IMG/VR virus record: IMGVR_UViG_3300037483_000791
Span: 1-28,566 of that record
DNA: 28,566 bases
Reading direction: 5' to 3' (one strand)
Origin: a virus
Lineage: Duplodnaviria; Caudoviricetes
Positions 16,598 to 25,400 of this stretch are shown piece after piece. The position numbers and the translations under genes were made by a program. Within the stretch, counting starts at the first letter, position 1, and each line of letters opens with the position of its first letter. The notes under the pieces are model-generated. The model saw only the letters and a program-made list of their open reading frames with translations. It had not been told where the DNA came from and did no database searches.

Positions 16598-17434
16598 ATG
16601 TCCATCCAAGACTTCATCTCACAACTTATGCCCTACCTCCTACCGCAACCCCGGTCCGGAGATGAACTCCGCTTCGAGGGAGAAAAGCTTTTCGACCCCA
16701 AATACGACGAGCAGCTTTCGGAAACCGGAGGCGACTACGACCTGAACCGGTCCCGTCTTTTGGAGGACCTGGGACTCAGCCGTTCCGGCCTGGAGACCGG
16801 ACAGAGCCGTTTCCTGCAGGACATCAGGTCCAGCGACCAGGGACTTATGCGGGGACGCGATCGCGGCCTCGAAGATATATCGCTCGCGTTATCGAAACTA
16901 GGCACTTCACGCTCCCGCGGCCTTCAGGACTACGGGACGCAGGAGGGATTGCTCAACCGTCAGAAAGAACAAATCGCGAGGGCAAGCGAACTGGAAGGCG
17001 GCGCACTCAAGGAACGTCTGGCTACTCAAGGCTTGGGTTTTGGAGGCGGCCTAGGCGATATTCAGCGCGAAGATTTGATGAATCAGCAGAAGCAGAGACA
17101 ACTTTCGCTCCAGGATGCCTTTTCGAATCTGGGCACAGGGCGTTCTCGATTCCTTGAGGATATCGGAACCTCGGAAAGTGGCATCGGCACGAACCGTTCC
17201 CGCCTGCTCGAAGACTTCACGACCAATCGCGATCAACTTGGACGGCAGAGAACCCGAGGCTTGGAGGATTACGGGTTGTCATTCGAGAATATCGGTCGTC
17301 AGAAGAACCGCGGCATGTTCGACCTCGATACCGAGAAGAGCCGAGTCCTCAGAGGAATTGGACGAAACCGGGCCGCCGACATTGAAGGCTACGCCACAAA
17401 TCCCCTCTACCAATTTTCCAATTATTCATACTAA
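16598..17434 (+). CDS. Probable internal virion (ejection) protein with 18-aa repeats
   Basis: Repeats of (S/T/D)RxL(E/Q)D every 18 aa; position after the nozzle and fibre genes. Confidence 0.6.
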   Translation: MSIQDFISQLMPYLLPQPRSGDELRFEGEKLFDPKYDEQLSETGGDYDLNRSRLLEDLGLSRSGLETGQSRFLQDIRSSDQGLMRGRDRGLEDISLALSKLGTSRSRGLQDYGTQEGLLNRQKEQIARASELEGGALKERLATQGLGFGGGLGDIQREDLMNQQKQRQLSLQDAFSNLGTGRSRFLEDIGTSESGIGTNRSRLLEDFTTNRDQLGRQRTRGLEDYGLSFENIGRQKNRGMFDLDTEKSRVLRGIGRNRAADIEGYATNPLYQFSNYSY

Positions 17435-17436
17435 TC

Positions 17437-18399
17437 ATGCCTACCAAACGCAAACTCGACCTTTCTGAGTTCCAGAATTTAGTCCGCAAGTACGGAGTCA
17501 CCCCCGACAAGGAGACCGACTTCTTCAGTCGTGAAGGCGAGGACATCTACTACACGCCCCGCGATGAGCTTCTGGCTGCCCAGGAAGACTACGGCCAGGC
17601 CAATAAGGACTACCAGCAGGCGAGTCTGGACCAGCTCGATCTGCCGTCTCTTTTCGAGAGCGCGGCTAAGGAAGCCAACCCTCTCTATGGTCTGTCTCGC
17701 TCAGAGATTCTGGCCAAGTACGACGATCCGAAATACACCGACACCAAGAGTTCTTCCTACCTTGATCCGAATGTGAGACTCGCTATCGCCGACCGTTCCA
17801 AACAAGGCTATCAGGGAGTCCTAAACGAAGCCTCTGGTCGCGCTTCTGACCTCTTCGGAAAAGATCTCCTAGGCAAACAATACGGCCTTGAGAACGCAAC
17901 CCAGCTTCTCTCGGGCATCCAAGGCCAGAGATCAGACGAGCAGGAACGGGCCGACCAGCTGGCCAAGGAGGAGCGGGAATTCCAGCGTTCCGTCTACTTG
18001 AAACAGCTGGGAGGAGGCGGCGGGGGAGGCGGGGGAGGCGGAGGCCTTGACCTGTCCACCTCGCAGTATCTGCAGGCCGTCGCGGCTGGGATCGATCCCG
18101 AGACCGCCAATGTCGGCGACGTAGCCAACGCGCTCTACGGCACGACCAAGCGCTATCAGGATTTTGCCAAAGAGGTCATTCTGCCGGACAACATGAGTGT
18201 GGACCCGCAGGCGATTTATCTGGATTATGTCGACGCGCAGCAGACTATCGACGGCGATCCTACGCAGTTCGACATAATCGTCAACGACCCCAAATCCGCG
18301 CCGTTCGTCCACCTCTTGAAGCCGCGGAACTACAACCTGCTCGACGCCCAGATTCGAGACGCCATCGAAAGCATCGGCGACGCCTATTCGGGCAAGTAA
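17437..18399 (+). CDS. Probable internal virion (ejection) protein
   Basis: 320 aa helical protein with a 12-Gly linker (18010-18045). Confidence 0.6.
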   Translation: MPTKRKLDLSEFQNLVRKYGVTPDKETDFFSREGEDIYYTPRDELLAAQEDYGQANKDYQQASLDQLDLPSLFESAAKEANPLYGLSRSEILAKYDDPKYTDTKSSSYLDPNVRLAIADRSKQGYQGVLNEASGRASDLFGKDLLGKQYGLENATQLLSGIQGQRSDEQERADQLAKEEREFQRSVYLKQLGGGGGGGGGGGGLDLSTSQYLQAVAAGIDPETANVGDVANALYGTTKRYQDFAKEVILPDNMSVDPQAIYLDYVDAQQTIDGDPTQFDIIVNDPKSAPFVHLLKPRNYNLLDAQIRDAIESIGDAYSGK

Positions 18400-18408
18400 C
18401 CACGCTTT

Positions 18409-21375
18409 ATGGGATATTTCAGAGACAAGTACGGAGGCGGTGCGCGCCCCGCCCGGCCGACTTCGCAGACAAGGCCCGCAATCGGACCGCGCTTGGATTT
18501 GAGCGGGCTTTTCCGTCCCGACCTTCAGAGTAGGCCGACACAATCCCCTCCCCTATCGGAAGCGCCAAAAGCGGGGCAGGGGAGTGGTTTTATTGACTTC
18601 CTTAATCGCCGCGTCGACATTCCGCAGACTGTACTTCGTTCGATTCAAGGGTCTGGCGAGGGGGCCGTACGCCTGCTCGCGTCCCTTCTCTCCACTCCAG
18701 TTACCGGAGCCAGCCGTCAGGTGCGCGAACAGGCGGCCGACTTTACTTCAGAGCCCTTTCGCGAAGGCGGTCAATCTCTCGCTGAGCGGGCCGCAGACAT
18801 CCAGGCGAGCGGAGAGCGCACACTTGCCCCCGGGCTTCGACCAATAGCCAGGGCGTTAGGGCCGACGACAGCCATCGGCGCTTCTCTCGCGCAAGGATTT
18901 GGCGACCCTGCAAGTCTCGCGCTCGGCCTCGGAGCCATTGCCGGATTACGCCGCGGGGTCGGAATCCCCGAAGCCATTTTTGGACTACCGCGTCAAAAGA
19001 CTCTCAAGGCTTTAGGACGTACGACCCCGAAAACTGCGGCACCCCGGACGGGCACGCGTAAGTTTGCGACCACGGTAAAAGAGTCGTTTCGGACGAACAA
19101 GGAGCTGGCCGACCGTATCGAGCCGGAAGTCTATCAACAGCTTTCCAACAAAGAGCTGGTGCGAAATGCAAAGCAGCTCGTCAAAAACGACTTCGACGAG
19201 GCGCTTCGTATTGCTCGCAAGCCTGGACAACGCACGGCGCAAAGTAACGCGGTCGCGCAGGAAACCTTACTCCGTTTGCAGAAGCTCAATCGCTATGACG
19301 AGGCGCTCGACATCATCGAGCAGACTTCACGAGGAGCAACGACCCAGGGACAAGCGATTCAAATTCTCTCGCACTACGGCCGTACTAGTCCTGCAGGTAT
19401 ACTCCGTTACGCTCAGCGTCTCTTTGATCGGGCAAATGCGGAACGGCTGAACCTCAATCTCAAGCTGGATAAAGCCTTAGCCGAGAAACTCACCGAGTCC
19501 GCACAAAAGCTCCAACGCATGAAACCCAGCCGCGAAAAGACGATCGCCACTGCCCGTATGCTCGACGACATTTTCAAAGAGATTCCAGCCACCTTGGCTG
19601 AAAAAGTGAGCCACGCCCAGCGCATCGCGCAGCTGCTCAACTGGAAGACCGCCGTCCGCAACGTGGTTGGCAACGTTGGATTTGCGGCTGACGAAGTAGT
19701 AAGTGACGTGGTTGGTACTGGCCTCGATGTTGTGGTCAGCGCCTTACGCGGCCTCTTCACTGGCAAGCCCGCGGCGGGCTTTCGCTCCAAAACACTTCCC
19801 GACCTGCCCGGACAACTTCGCGCGGGAAAACAAGGCTTTCAGGAAGCGCTCGAGGAAATCAACGCCGGTGTGCGTATCGGACCGCAAACCCAGCTTGATA
19901 TTCCCAAGACGCGGGTTTTCCGCGGCCAGATAGGTTCCAAGCTGGAGACTGGACTCGACTACATTCTCCGCGTCCCTGACCGCGTGTCCTATAACGCCGC
20001 AAGGTTCGACGAACTCCGCAATCAGATGGCGCTTGCCCGAATGCGAGGGGAGAAGCTCACCAAACCGACGGCCGCCATGGAGGAAACGGCTGACCTCTTT
20101 GGTCTCTATCGTACTTTTCAGGATAACAACATGATCAGCCGTGGTTTATCGCGAGTGAAGAGGGGTCTGAATGAGATGACGGGAAACAAGAACTTCGGTT
20201 TTGGCGAGGCCGTACTGAAATATCCGAAGACCCCAGGCGCGTTGGTGGCGCGTGGCATTGAGTATTCCCCTGCCGGATTCGTCAAGTCCGCCTTTGAGTT
20301 ACTGCGTCCGCTCATCACCAAGCAGCCCTTTCGCCAACGTCAGTTTATCGACGCGACGGCACGGGCAGCCACAGGCACAGGCTCCCAGGTAGTTTTAGGG
20401 GCGTATCTGCATCGCCTTGGGATTATCACCGGACGGCGCGAGGAAAACCGCAACGTCGCCGAGTTTCGTCGTGAAACGGGCTTAGGAGAGTATCGCCTCA
20501 ACCTCTCAGGATTAAAGCGCTGGGTGTTCTCAGGCTTCGATCCCGATACTGCCCGTCCGCAGCAAGGCGACGTAACGGTCAATTACGACTGGTTCCAGCC
20601 TGCGGCCATTGGCATTTCCATGGGGGCTAACATCGACGAGAACCTGACCGACCCGAAGAACCGCAGCGGAATTGGTATCGTAGCTACCGCCGTCAATTCG
20701 ATTGCCGGAGGAGCGCAGACGATTGCCGAACAGCCTTTACTCCAGGGATTACAGCGCTTTTTCGGAGGATACGACCCATTAGATTCCTTTGTGCGAACCG
20801 CCTCCGGTATCCCGGCAAGCTTCGTCCCCACATTGAGTAATCAAATTCGGCAGCTCTCCGACAATGTGTCCCGTAACACCTATGACCCGAATACGATTCT
20901 CTACGCGCTAAACCAAGTCAAAAGCAAGATTCCCGGCCTATCCAAAACCCTGCCCGCGCGTGTGGGGCCGTTCGGTGAAGTTAAAGACATCTATGATGAG
21001 GACGCGAACAACCTCTTCAATGTGTTCCTGAATCCTACCTTTGTGGAAAGTCTTGACATTGACCCGGCCACCCAGTTCGTCCTCGACCTTTACGACGAGA
21101 TGGGGGAAACCGGACACTTTCCCAAAACCGCGCCCAAAACGATTAACTTCCAGGGGCTGAAGTTCAAGCTCGACGCCAGGCAGATGGGGGAACTTCAGAC
21201 GGTGATCGGCCGAGCCACGCACGAGCTGATCGGCCAGAGTCTGCAAGACCCCGCCTTCCGCTACCTCGACCCGGCCGAGCAGGCGAGGCTGATCTCGAAC
21301 GCCATGTCCAAGATCGGGCAGGTCGCCCGGTCCTACATCGTCAGCGACATCCTTTCCGAGACCCTTAATCCCTAA
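18409..21375 (+). CDS. Large internal virion (ejection) protein, large polyvalent protein-like
   Basis: 988 aa, helical, with Gly/Ala-rich hydrophobic segments; third and largest of the post-nozzle trio. Confidence 0.7.
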   Translation: MGYFRDKYGGGARPARPTSQTRPAIGPRLDLSGLFRPDLQSRPTQSPPLSEAPKAGQGSGFIDFLNRRVDIPQTVLRSIQGSGEGAVRLLASLLSTPVTGASRQVREQAADFTSEPFREGGQSLAERAADIQASGERTLAPGLRPIARALGPTTAIGASLAQGFGDPASLALGLGAIAGLRRGVGIPEAIFGLPRQKTLKALGRTTPKTAAPRTGTRKFATTVKESFRTNKELADRIEPEVYQQLSNKELVRNAKQLVKNDFDEALRIARKPGQRTAQSNAVAQETLLRLQKLNRYDEALDIIEQTSRGATTQGQAIQILSHYGRTSPAGILRYAQRLFDRANAERLNLNLKLDKALAEKLTESAQKLQRMKPSREKTIATARMLDDIFKEIPATLAEKVSHAQRIAQLLNWKTAVRNVVGNVGFAADEVVSDVVGTGLDVVVSALRGLFTGKPAAGFRSKTLPDLPGQLRAGKQGFQEALEEINAGVRIGPQTQLDIPKTRVFRGQIGSKLETGLDYILRVPDRVSYNAARFDELRNQMALARMRGEKLTKPTAAMEETADLFGLYRTFQDNNMISRGLSRVKRGLNEMTGNKNFGFGEAVLKYPKTPGALVARGIEYSPAGFVKSAFELLRPLITKQPFRQRQFIDATARAATGTGSQVVLGAYLHRLGIITGRREENRNVAEFRRETGLGEYRLNLSGLKRWVFSGFDPDTARPQQGDVTVNYDWFQPAAIGISMGANIDENLTDPKNRSGIGIVATAVNSIAGGAQTIAEQPLLQGLQRFFGGYDPLDSFVRTASGIPASFVPTLSNQIRQLSDNVSRNTYDPNTILYALNQVKSKIPGLSKTLPARVGPFGEVKDIYDEDANNLFNVFLNPTFVESLDIDPATQFVLDLYDEMGETGHFPKTAPKTINFQGLKFKLDARQMGELQTVIGRATHELIGQSLQDPAFRYLDPAEQARLISNAMSKIGQVARSYIVSDILSETLNP

Positions 21376-21378
21376 CCC

Positions 21379-22200
21379 ATGCCCAGCCTCAACGACATTA
21401 CCAACGAAGCCTACGATGACGCGACCCAATCCTTTCGCGCCACCATAGTTGGGGGATTAGCTGGCGGCTATGAAGTCGTCGGTCTCAAGAACTCCGCGGA
21501 CGAGAGAATCGATCCAGCTACCGAAGCAAAACAAGATGATATTATTACTGCTCTCGCTTCAGTTCCGGTAACTGGGACGTTTTGGCAGGCTACCCAACCA
21601 ATATCTGTCGTAGCGCTTCCACTCCCAACCGGTGCGGCTACGGAAGCAAGCCAACAAACTGATGCCCTCACTAATACTGAACTCCGCGCGACGCCTGTAC
21701 CAGTTTCCGCGACCGACTTAGCCGCGATCAATACTGCTTTGCAATCAGGCGGTATCAGCCAGACGCAGTTCGCCGCGATGGTCACGGCGTTGCAGACCAT
21801 TGATAACTTCATCTCAGGAAGCAGAGGCTTGGTAACGGAAGACAACAGTGCGGCCATAAAGACCGCCGTTGAATCTATGGAAACAGCCGTCAAACCGAAT
21901 GCTCTCAAAGTTCTTGATGTTACCAGTTATGACGTGGATGCTTCAGCCGTATTAGTCGTAGATGCTTCGGCTGACGCGACTATGGTAGCCGTAATAATTA
22001 CGAATAATGGAGATGAAGACATTTACTTAGGGAATACGTCAGGTGTTGGGCCGCTTGAGTTTATCGCTAAACTGTCTGCTGGCGAGAAATGGGAATATCC
22101 GCTTGGTTATACTTCAGACGCGACCAATGACATATATGCCGAACGTGCCTCGGCTCAAACCAATGACGATGTGATGGTAACTAAGATGGCAGAGGTTTAA
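21379..22200 (+). CDS. Putative virion/tail-associated protein
   Basis: 273 aa Thr/Ala-rich; DPATEAKQD and VTGTFWQATQPIS..LPLPTGAATE segments, C-terminal beta domain (IITNNGDEDIYLG). Confidence 0.6.
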   Translation: MPSLNDITNEAYDDATQSFRATIVGGLAGGYEVVGLKNSADERIDPATEAKQDDIITALASVPVTGTFWQATQPISVVALPLPTGAATEASQQTDALTNTELRATPVPVSATDLAAINTALQSGGISQTQFAAMVTALQTIDNFISGSRGLVTEDNSAAIKTAVESMETAVKPNALKVLDVTSYDVDASAVLVVDASADATMVAVIITNNGDEDIYLGNTSGVGPLEFIAKLSAGEKWEYPLGYTSDATNDIYAERASAQTNDDVMVTKMAEV

Positions 22201-22499
22201 TGGCGTGCCTGAATCCCGAATGCTGCCCCGCTCACGTTCCGGTTACGGAAAGCGATATTTGTCGGATAGAACAGTTTACGAAGAAGAACCGCAGTGAGTT
22301 TGTCGAACAGGCCGACAATCCCAGCAAAGAGTCAGTCCTGAAAGGTAAGGCCGTCAGAAAAGGTAAAATGATACTGCATATGTGTACGTTTTTTGATACT
22401 GAAACGGGCAAGTGTACGGTTTATGAAAAGGAAGGCCAGCCAGTACGCCCTAAAATATGTCAAAATTATCCTTGTCCTCATGTCAATGCCAATAGCTAA
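22200..22499 (+). CDS. YkgJ/UPF0153-like cysteine-cluster protein
   Basis: CxxxxCC at the N-terminus; CTFFD...GKCTVYE...RPKICQNYP C-terminal signature. Confidence 0.7.
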   Translation: MACLNPECCPAHVPVTESDICRIEQFTKKNRSEFVEQADNPSKESVLKGKAVRKGKMILHMCTFFDTETGKCTVYEKEGQPVRPKICQNYPCPHVNANS

Positions 22500-23118
22500 A
22501 TTCGCGGCCGATACCAGTAAGAGCGGATTTATCATCAGGAAAGATGGTTTTACGGCGACTTATACCAAGACTGTCGGATCAACCGCTACCATAGGCGTTA
22601 ATACGAGTCCGCCTCCGGGGTCGTCTCTCTGGCGGTGGAGTGCGATGCTGGCTTTCAATGTTACCGGGATACCCGTCAACGCCATAATTACTGAGGTAGG
22701 GATTGATTGGAAACTAAACATTAGTCAGCCTATTTGCAGCGCGACTTGGGATAATGACATATTTGCTGATGGAGCGGGCGGGATAATCGGGTCAGCCTTG
22801 GATGGCACGGCAGGAGAGTATGCGGGAACAGGCGGTACATTGATTATACCCAGTTATAATTGGAACGCGAGTCCGCCAACTAACTTTTACTTACAGTTGG
22901 GTATATCAGGAAGTGATATTGTCAATATGGTAACCCCAGGGACTGACCAGCAATTTGACTTCGCGCTTCCGCAATTTGCGTATTCTCCGGGAGATAATTG
23001 TACCCGTAACTGGGAGTTAGGCGGGAAAGTTCCCAGTAAGCTTTGGATAACGTATATATTACCACCCCAAAAAGGAAATTCGTTTAACAGATTAAGAAGG
23101 GGCATAAGCACAAGATGA
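22486..23118 (+). CDS. Putative virion beta-sandwich (DNRLRE-like) protein
   Basis: MLAFNVTGIPVNAIITEV and PSKLWITY segments resemble this domain; start could also be 22480. Confidence 0.5.
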   Translation: MPIAKFAADTSKSGFIIRKDGFTATYTKTVGSTATIGVNTSPPPGSSLWRWSAMLAFNVTGIPVNAIITEVGIDWKLNISQPICSATWDNDIFADGAGGIIGSALDGTAGEYAGTGGTLIIPSYNWNASPPTNFYLQLGISGSDIVNMVTPGTDQQFDFALPQFAYSPGDNCTRNWELGGKVPSKLWITYILPPQKGNSFNRLRRGISTR

Positions 23119-23218
23119 CGAACGACGGAAGCGCGCGCCCAAGCTGACAAGGGTCGGACGGCCCACACCCCCTGACAACTGTACTATTCTACACTTACCA
23201 GTAATCTTTCTTCTCGCT

Positions 23219-23491
23219 ATGACCACACCCAACATCCACGACGAACTCGAGGATCGAATTCCAGCCAACGACCACGATCTGCTGATCCGCGTTCATGAGC
23301 GCGTCACTTCCATTCAGAGTCAGATCATTTCGTACTCCGAAAACTACAAGACACTTTCAAAGAGGGTGGAGGACATCGAACGCTGGAAAGACAATCTCAT
23401 GGGAAAGTTCTCAGTAATCGTAGTGGTCGCCTCGCTGATCGGCGGGATTCTGAGCCAGATCGTCATTTCGTGGACGAAGGTAAACCTATGA
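23219..23491 (+). CDS. Holin/XhlA-like protein (coiled coil plus C-terminal TM helix)
   Basis: DHDLLIRVHERV...RVEDIERWK then hydrophobic FSVIVVVASLIGGILS; upstream of the M23 gene. Confidence 0.65.
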   Translation: MTTPNIHDELEDRIPANDHDLLIRVHERVTSIQSQIISYSENYKTLSKRVEDIERWKDNLMGKFSVIVVVASLIGGILSQIVISWTKVNL

Positions 23492-23577
23492 ATCTCGTAA
23501 ACAGAATCTTACTTACCCTCTTAATCATAGACATACTCGCAATAATCCTTTTATTTACGTTTATTCTTAACAAATAA
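23488..23577 (+). CDS. 29-aa single-TM peptide
   Basis: MNLVNRILLTLLIIDILAIILLFTFILNK; ATGA-coupled to the upstream gene; not in the ORF track. Confidence 0.5.
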   Translation: MNLVNRILLTLLIIDILAIILLFTFILNK

Positions 23578-23579
23578 CT

Positions 23580-23660
23580 ATGAGAAACATTCTTTCAATC
23601 GTAGCCGATTGCGTTGTCGTACTGGTAGCAATCGTCTGGGTCGTTTCACGACTCACTTAA
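23580..23660 (+). CDS. 26-aa single-TM peptide
   Basis: MRNILSIVADCVVVLVAIVWVVSRLT; starts 2 nt after the previous stop; not in the ORF track. Confidence 0.45.
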   Translation: MRNILSIVADCVVVLVAIVWVVSRLT

Positions 23661-23664
23661 AAAC

Positions 23665-23752
23665 GGTCAGGGCTGGATTAGTGGCTCTTTGGGAGTCAAT
23701 GAGGTAAGAGCTAACCTAAGCTCGGGTCAAATCCACTCTTCTAGCCCTGACC
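23665..23752 (+). ncRNA. Candidate structured leader of the endolysin gene
   Basis: 13-bp stem GGTCAGGGCTGGA/TCTAGCCCTGACC (1 G-U); inner AGTGG/CCACT and AGGT/ACCT. Confidence 0.5.
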
Positions 23753-23767
23753 CTATTCTTCCATTTT

Positions 23768-24439
23768 ATGCGACCACCTTTAGACAACTGGGACAGCCTG
23801 CCCCGCGGCTACCGCTTCGGCGTATTGACCCACTATAACGCGTTTCACCTAGGCCTCGATTTGATTACTGATGTAGGAACCCCGATTTACGCTCCTGAGG
23901 CCGGCAACGTGGTCAACGTGAGTGTCGGACCGCAAGGAGGCCTCACTCTTCACTACAGGCTCAAGAACGGACCTTTGGTGCGATTCCTGCACCTTTCTCG
24001 GATCATTCAGGAGGGAGGAGAAGCATCGGAAGGGGAAATACTTGCTCGAACGGGAGGACATCCCGACGACCAGCCGCATGCCGGGTGGAGTTCAGGTCCC
24101 CACGTCCACATCGACATCTGGCATTCCGGCCGTATCCACTGGGAGGACGGATTCACCTCGGACCTCATTGACCCCGACTTATTCTTCATGAACCAATCCA
24201 TGACCCTAGACCAACTCGTTAATAGCATTTTCAAACAACCAGCCGTGAACGACAACGTCCGCGCCATCCTCGTCACCGAGGGCAAGGACGCCGGCAAGGT
24301 AGGCCTGCTCTACAAAGACGGAACGATCCGCGTAGCCCAAAACGACAAGGGCAAGTTCCAGGCCCTCTACGCAACGGTAGCCAAGGGCGTGAGCTCGGCT
24401 GAGTGGGCCAAGTTCCGCGAAGGCGCGCCTCTCGAGTAG
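23768..24439 (+). CDS. M23 family peptidase (probable endolysin)
   Basis: HLGLD (HxxxD), GTPIYAP, FLHLS and GPHVH (HxH) motifs. Confidence 0.9.
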   Translation: MRPPLDNWDSLPRGYRFGVLTHYNAFHLGLDLITDVGTPIYAPEAGNVVNVSVGPQGGLTLHYRLKNGPLVRFLHLSRIIQEGGEASEGEILARTGGHPDDQPHAGWSSGPHVHIDIWHSGRIHWEDGFTSDLIDPDLFFMNQSMTLDQLVNSIFKQPAVNDNVRAILVTEGKDAGKVGLLYKDGTIRVAQNDKGKFQALYATVAKGVSSAEWAKFREGAPLE

Positions 24440-24494
24440 CCTTTCCGAAATGGAGGAATTGGCAGTCGTAGTCGGTGAGTGCTAGCCGTTCGGC

Positions 24495-24522
24495 TTGACT
24501 ACTTTCGTGGTGGTGATATCCT
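24495..24522 (+). promoter_or_regulatory. Putative sigma70 promoter
   Basis: TTGACT (24495-500), 16 nt spacer, TATCCT (24517-22) with extended -10 TG. Confidence 0.5.
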
Positions 24523-24549
24523 GACTATGCAGTGAACGGAACTGTTACC

Positions 24550-24596
24550 GAAGTACCGATTAGCGGCGGTCCGTTCCCGCTGCTAATCGGTACTTT
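24550..24596 (+). terminator. 20-bp hairpin (attenuator-like)
   Basis: GAAGTACCGATTAGCGGCGG-(TCCGTTC)-CCGCTGCTAATCGGTACTTT, 18 Watson-Crick pairs plus 2 G-U. Confidence 0.7.
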
Positions 24597-24611
24597 CGTA
24601 TCATTCAACCT

Positions 24612-24782
24612 ATGTCAACACAATCACTCCTCTATATTCTCTGCGGTCTCTCGTTATTTATCTTGGCCGCCTTCGAATCCATTAATCCCAAAATGAGCGA
24701 AACACGCGTCAACCTCCTTAGACTGACTGGCTATATTGTGTTTTATGTTGCAATTCTAGAAATAGTGAACGGTTGGCTTTAG
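24612..24782 (+). CDS. Small two-TM membrane protein (56 aa)
   Basis: MSTQSLLYILCGLSLFILAAFE...LTGYIVFYVAILEIVNGWL; A/C-rich leader; not in the ORF track. Confidence 0.55.
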   Translation: MSTQSLLYILCGLSLFILAAFESINPKMSETRVNLLRLTGYIVFYVAILEIVNGWL

Positions 24783-25129
24783 CTTCTTACAATCCCACCA
24801 CGTCGGAATCGTGTTACAGCCGACGATAAATAGCTGCGACCGAAAAACGGAGCACTCGCCCTTCCTTCCCCTAGGAGTGATGTGTCGCTACCAGTAATAT
24901 TGTGCGACGCATGAATCTTAAGGGAAGGGAGAGAGGTCACCCCGGCTCCATAAACGTGATAGAGGATGTCCGACGGAGAGCAATCAATCTCAAGGATCGG
25001 AATAACCTGTCACATGCAGGCATCTGCCAGTGTGTAGGACACAGAAATCCTGCCTCCCTAAGAGGGAAGGAAGAAGGGGAGATAAGTAAGCGTCGTTAAA
25101 TGTAATTGTCCTTGTGGATATCTGGTCTC

Positions 25130-25158
25130 TTGACAGTATTCCACATCAGGTATATACT
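25130..25158 (+). promoter_or_regulatory. Strong sigma70 promoter of the early/replication operon
   Basis: TTGACA (25130-35), 17 nt spacer, TATACT (25153-58). Confidence 0.8.
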
Positions 25159-25196
25159 ACCCTTGTACCCTTACTAATTAAGTAACCACCACGTCC

Positions 25197-25400
25197 ATGC
25201 TTACCAAGTCACGTCAGTCTCTGGCTGACACTCTCACCACCTACTATTTTAGGAATCGGGCCAAGAGGCGCGAATACCTGAAGACCTTTACAGTAGGCAG
25301 TCTTCAGTTTGTCGGCGACAACATCGCTTTTGACCTCGATCTGATCGATGAGGCCGCTGATATGGCCCATTCCCACGCTCTTAAACTCCAACGGGCATGA
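25197..25400 (+). CDS. Hypothetical protein (67 aa)
   Basis: First ORF after the promoter; ATGA overlap with next gene. Confidence 0.7.
   Translation: MLTKSRQSLADTLTTYYFRNRAKRREYLKTFTVGSLQFVGDNIAFDLDLIDEAADMAHSHALKLQRA

Noticed and set aside
18010-18045. G-rich tract as G-quadruplex or phase-variation site
   Set aside because: Mixed Gly codons encoding a 12-Gly linker; runs are short and the frame is intact
24902-25099. 65-aa GTG-start ORF
   Set aside because: No typical leader or motif, and it overlaps repeated purine tracts; treated as non-coding
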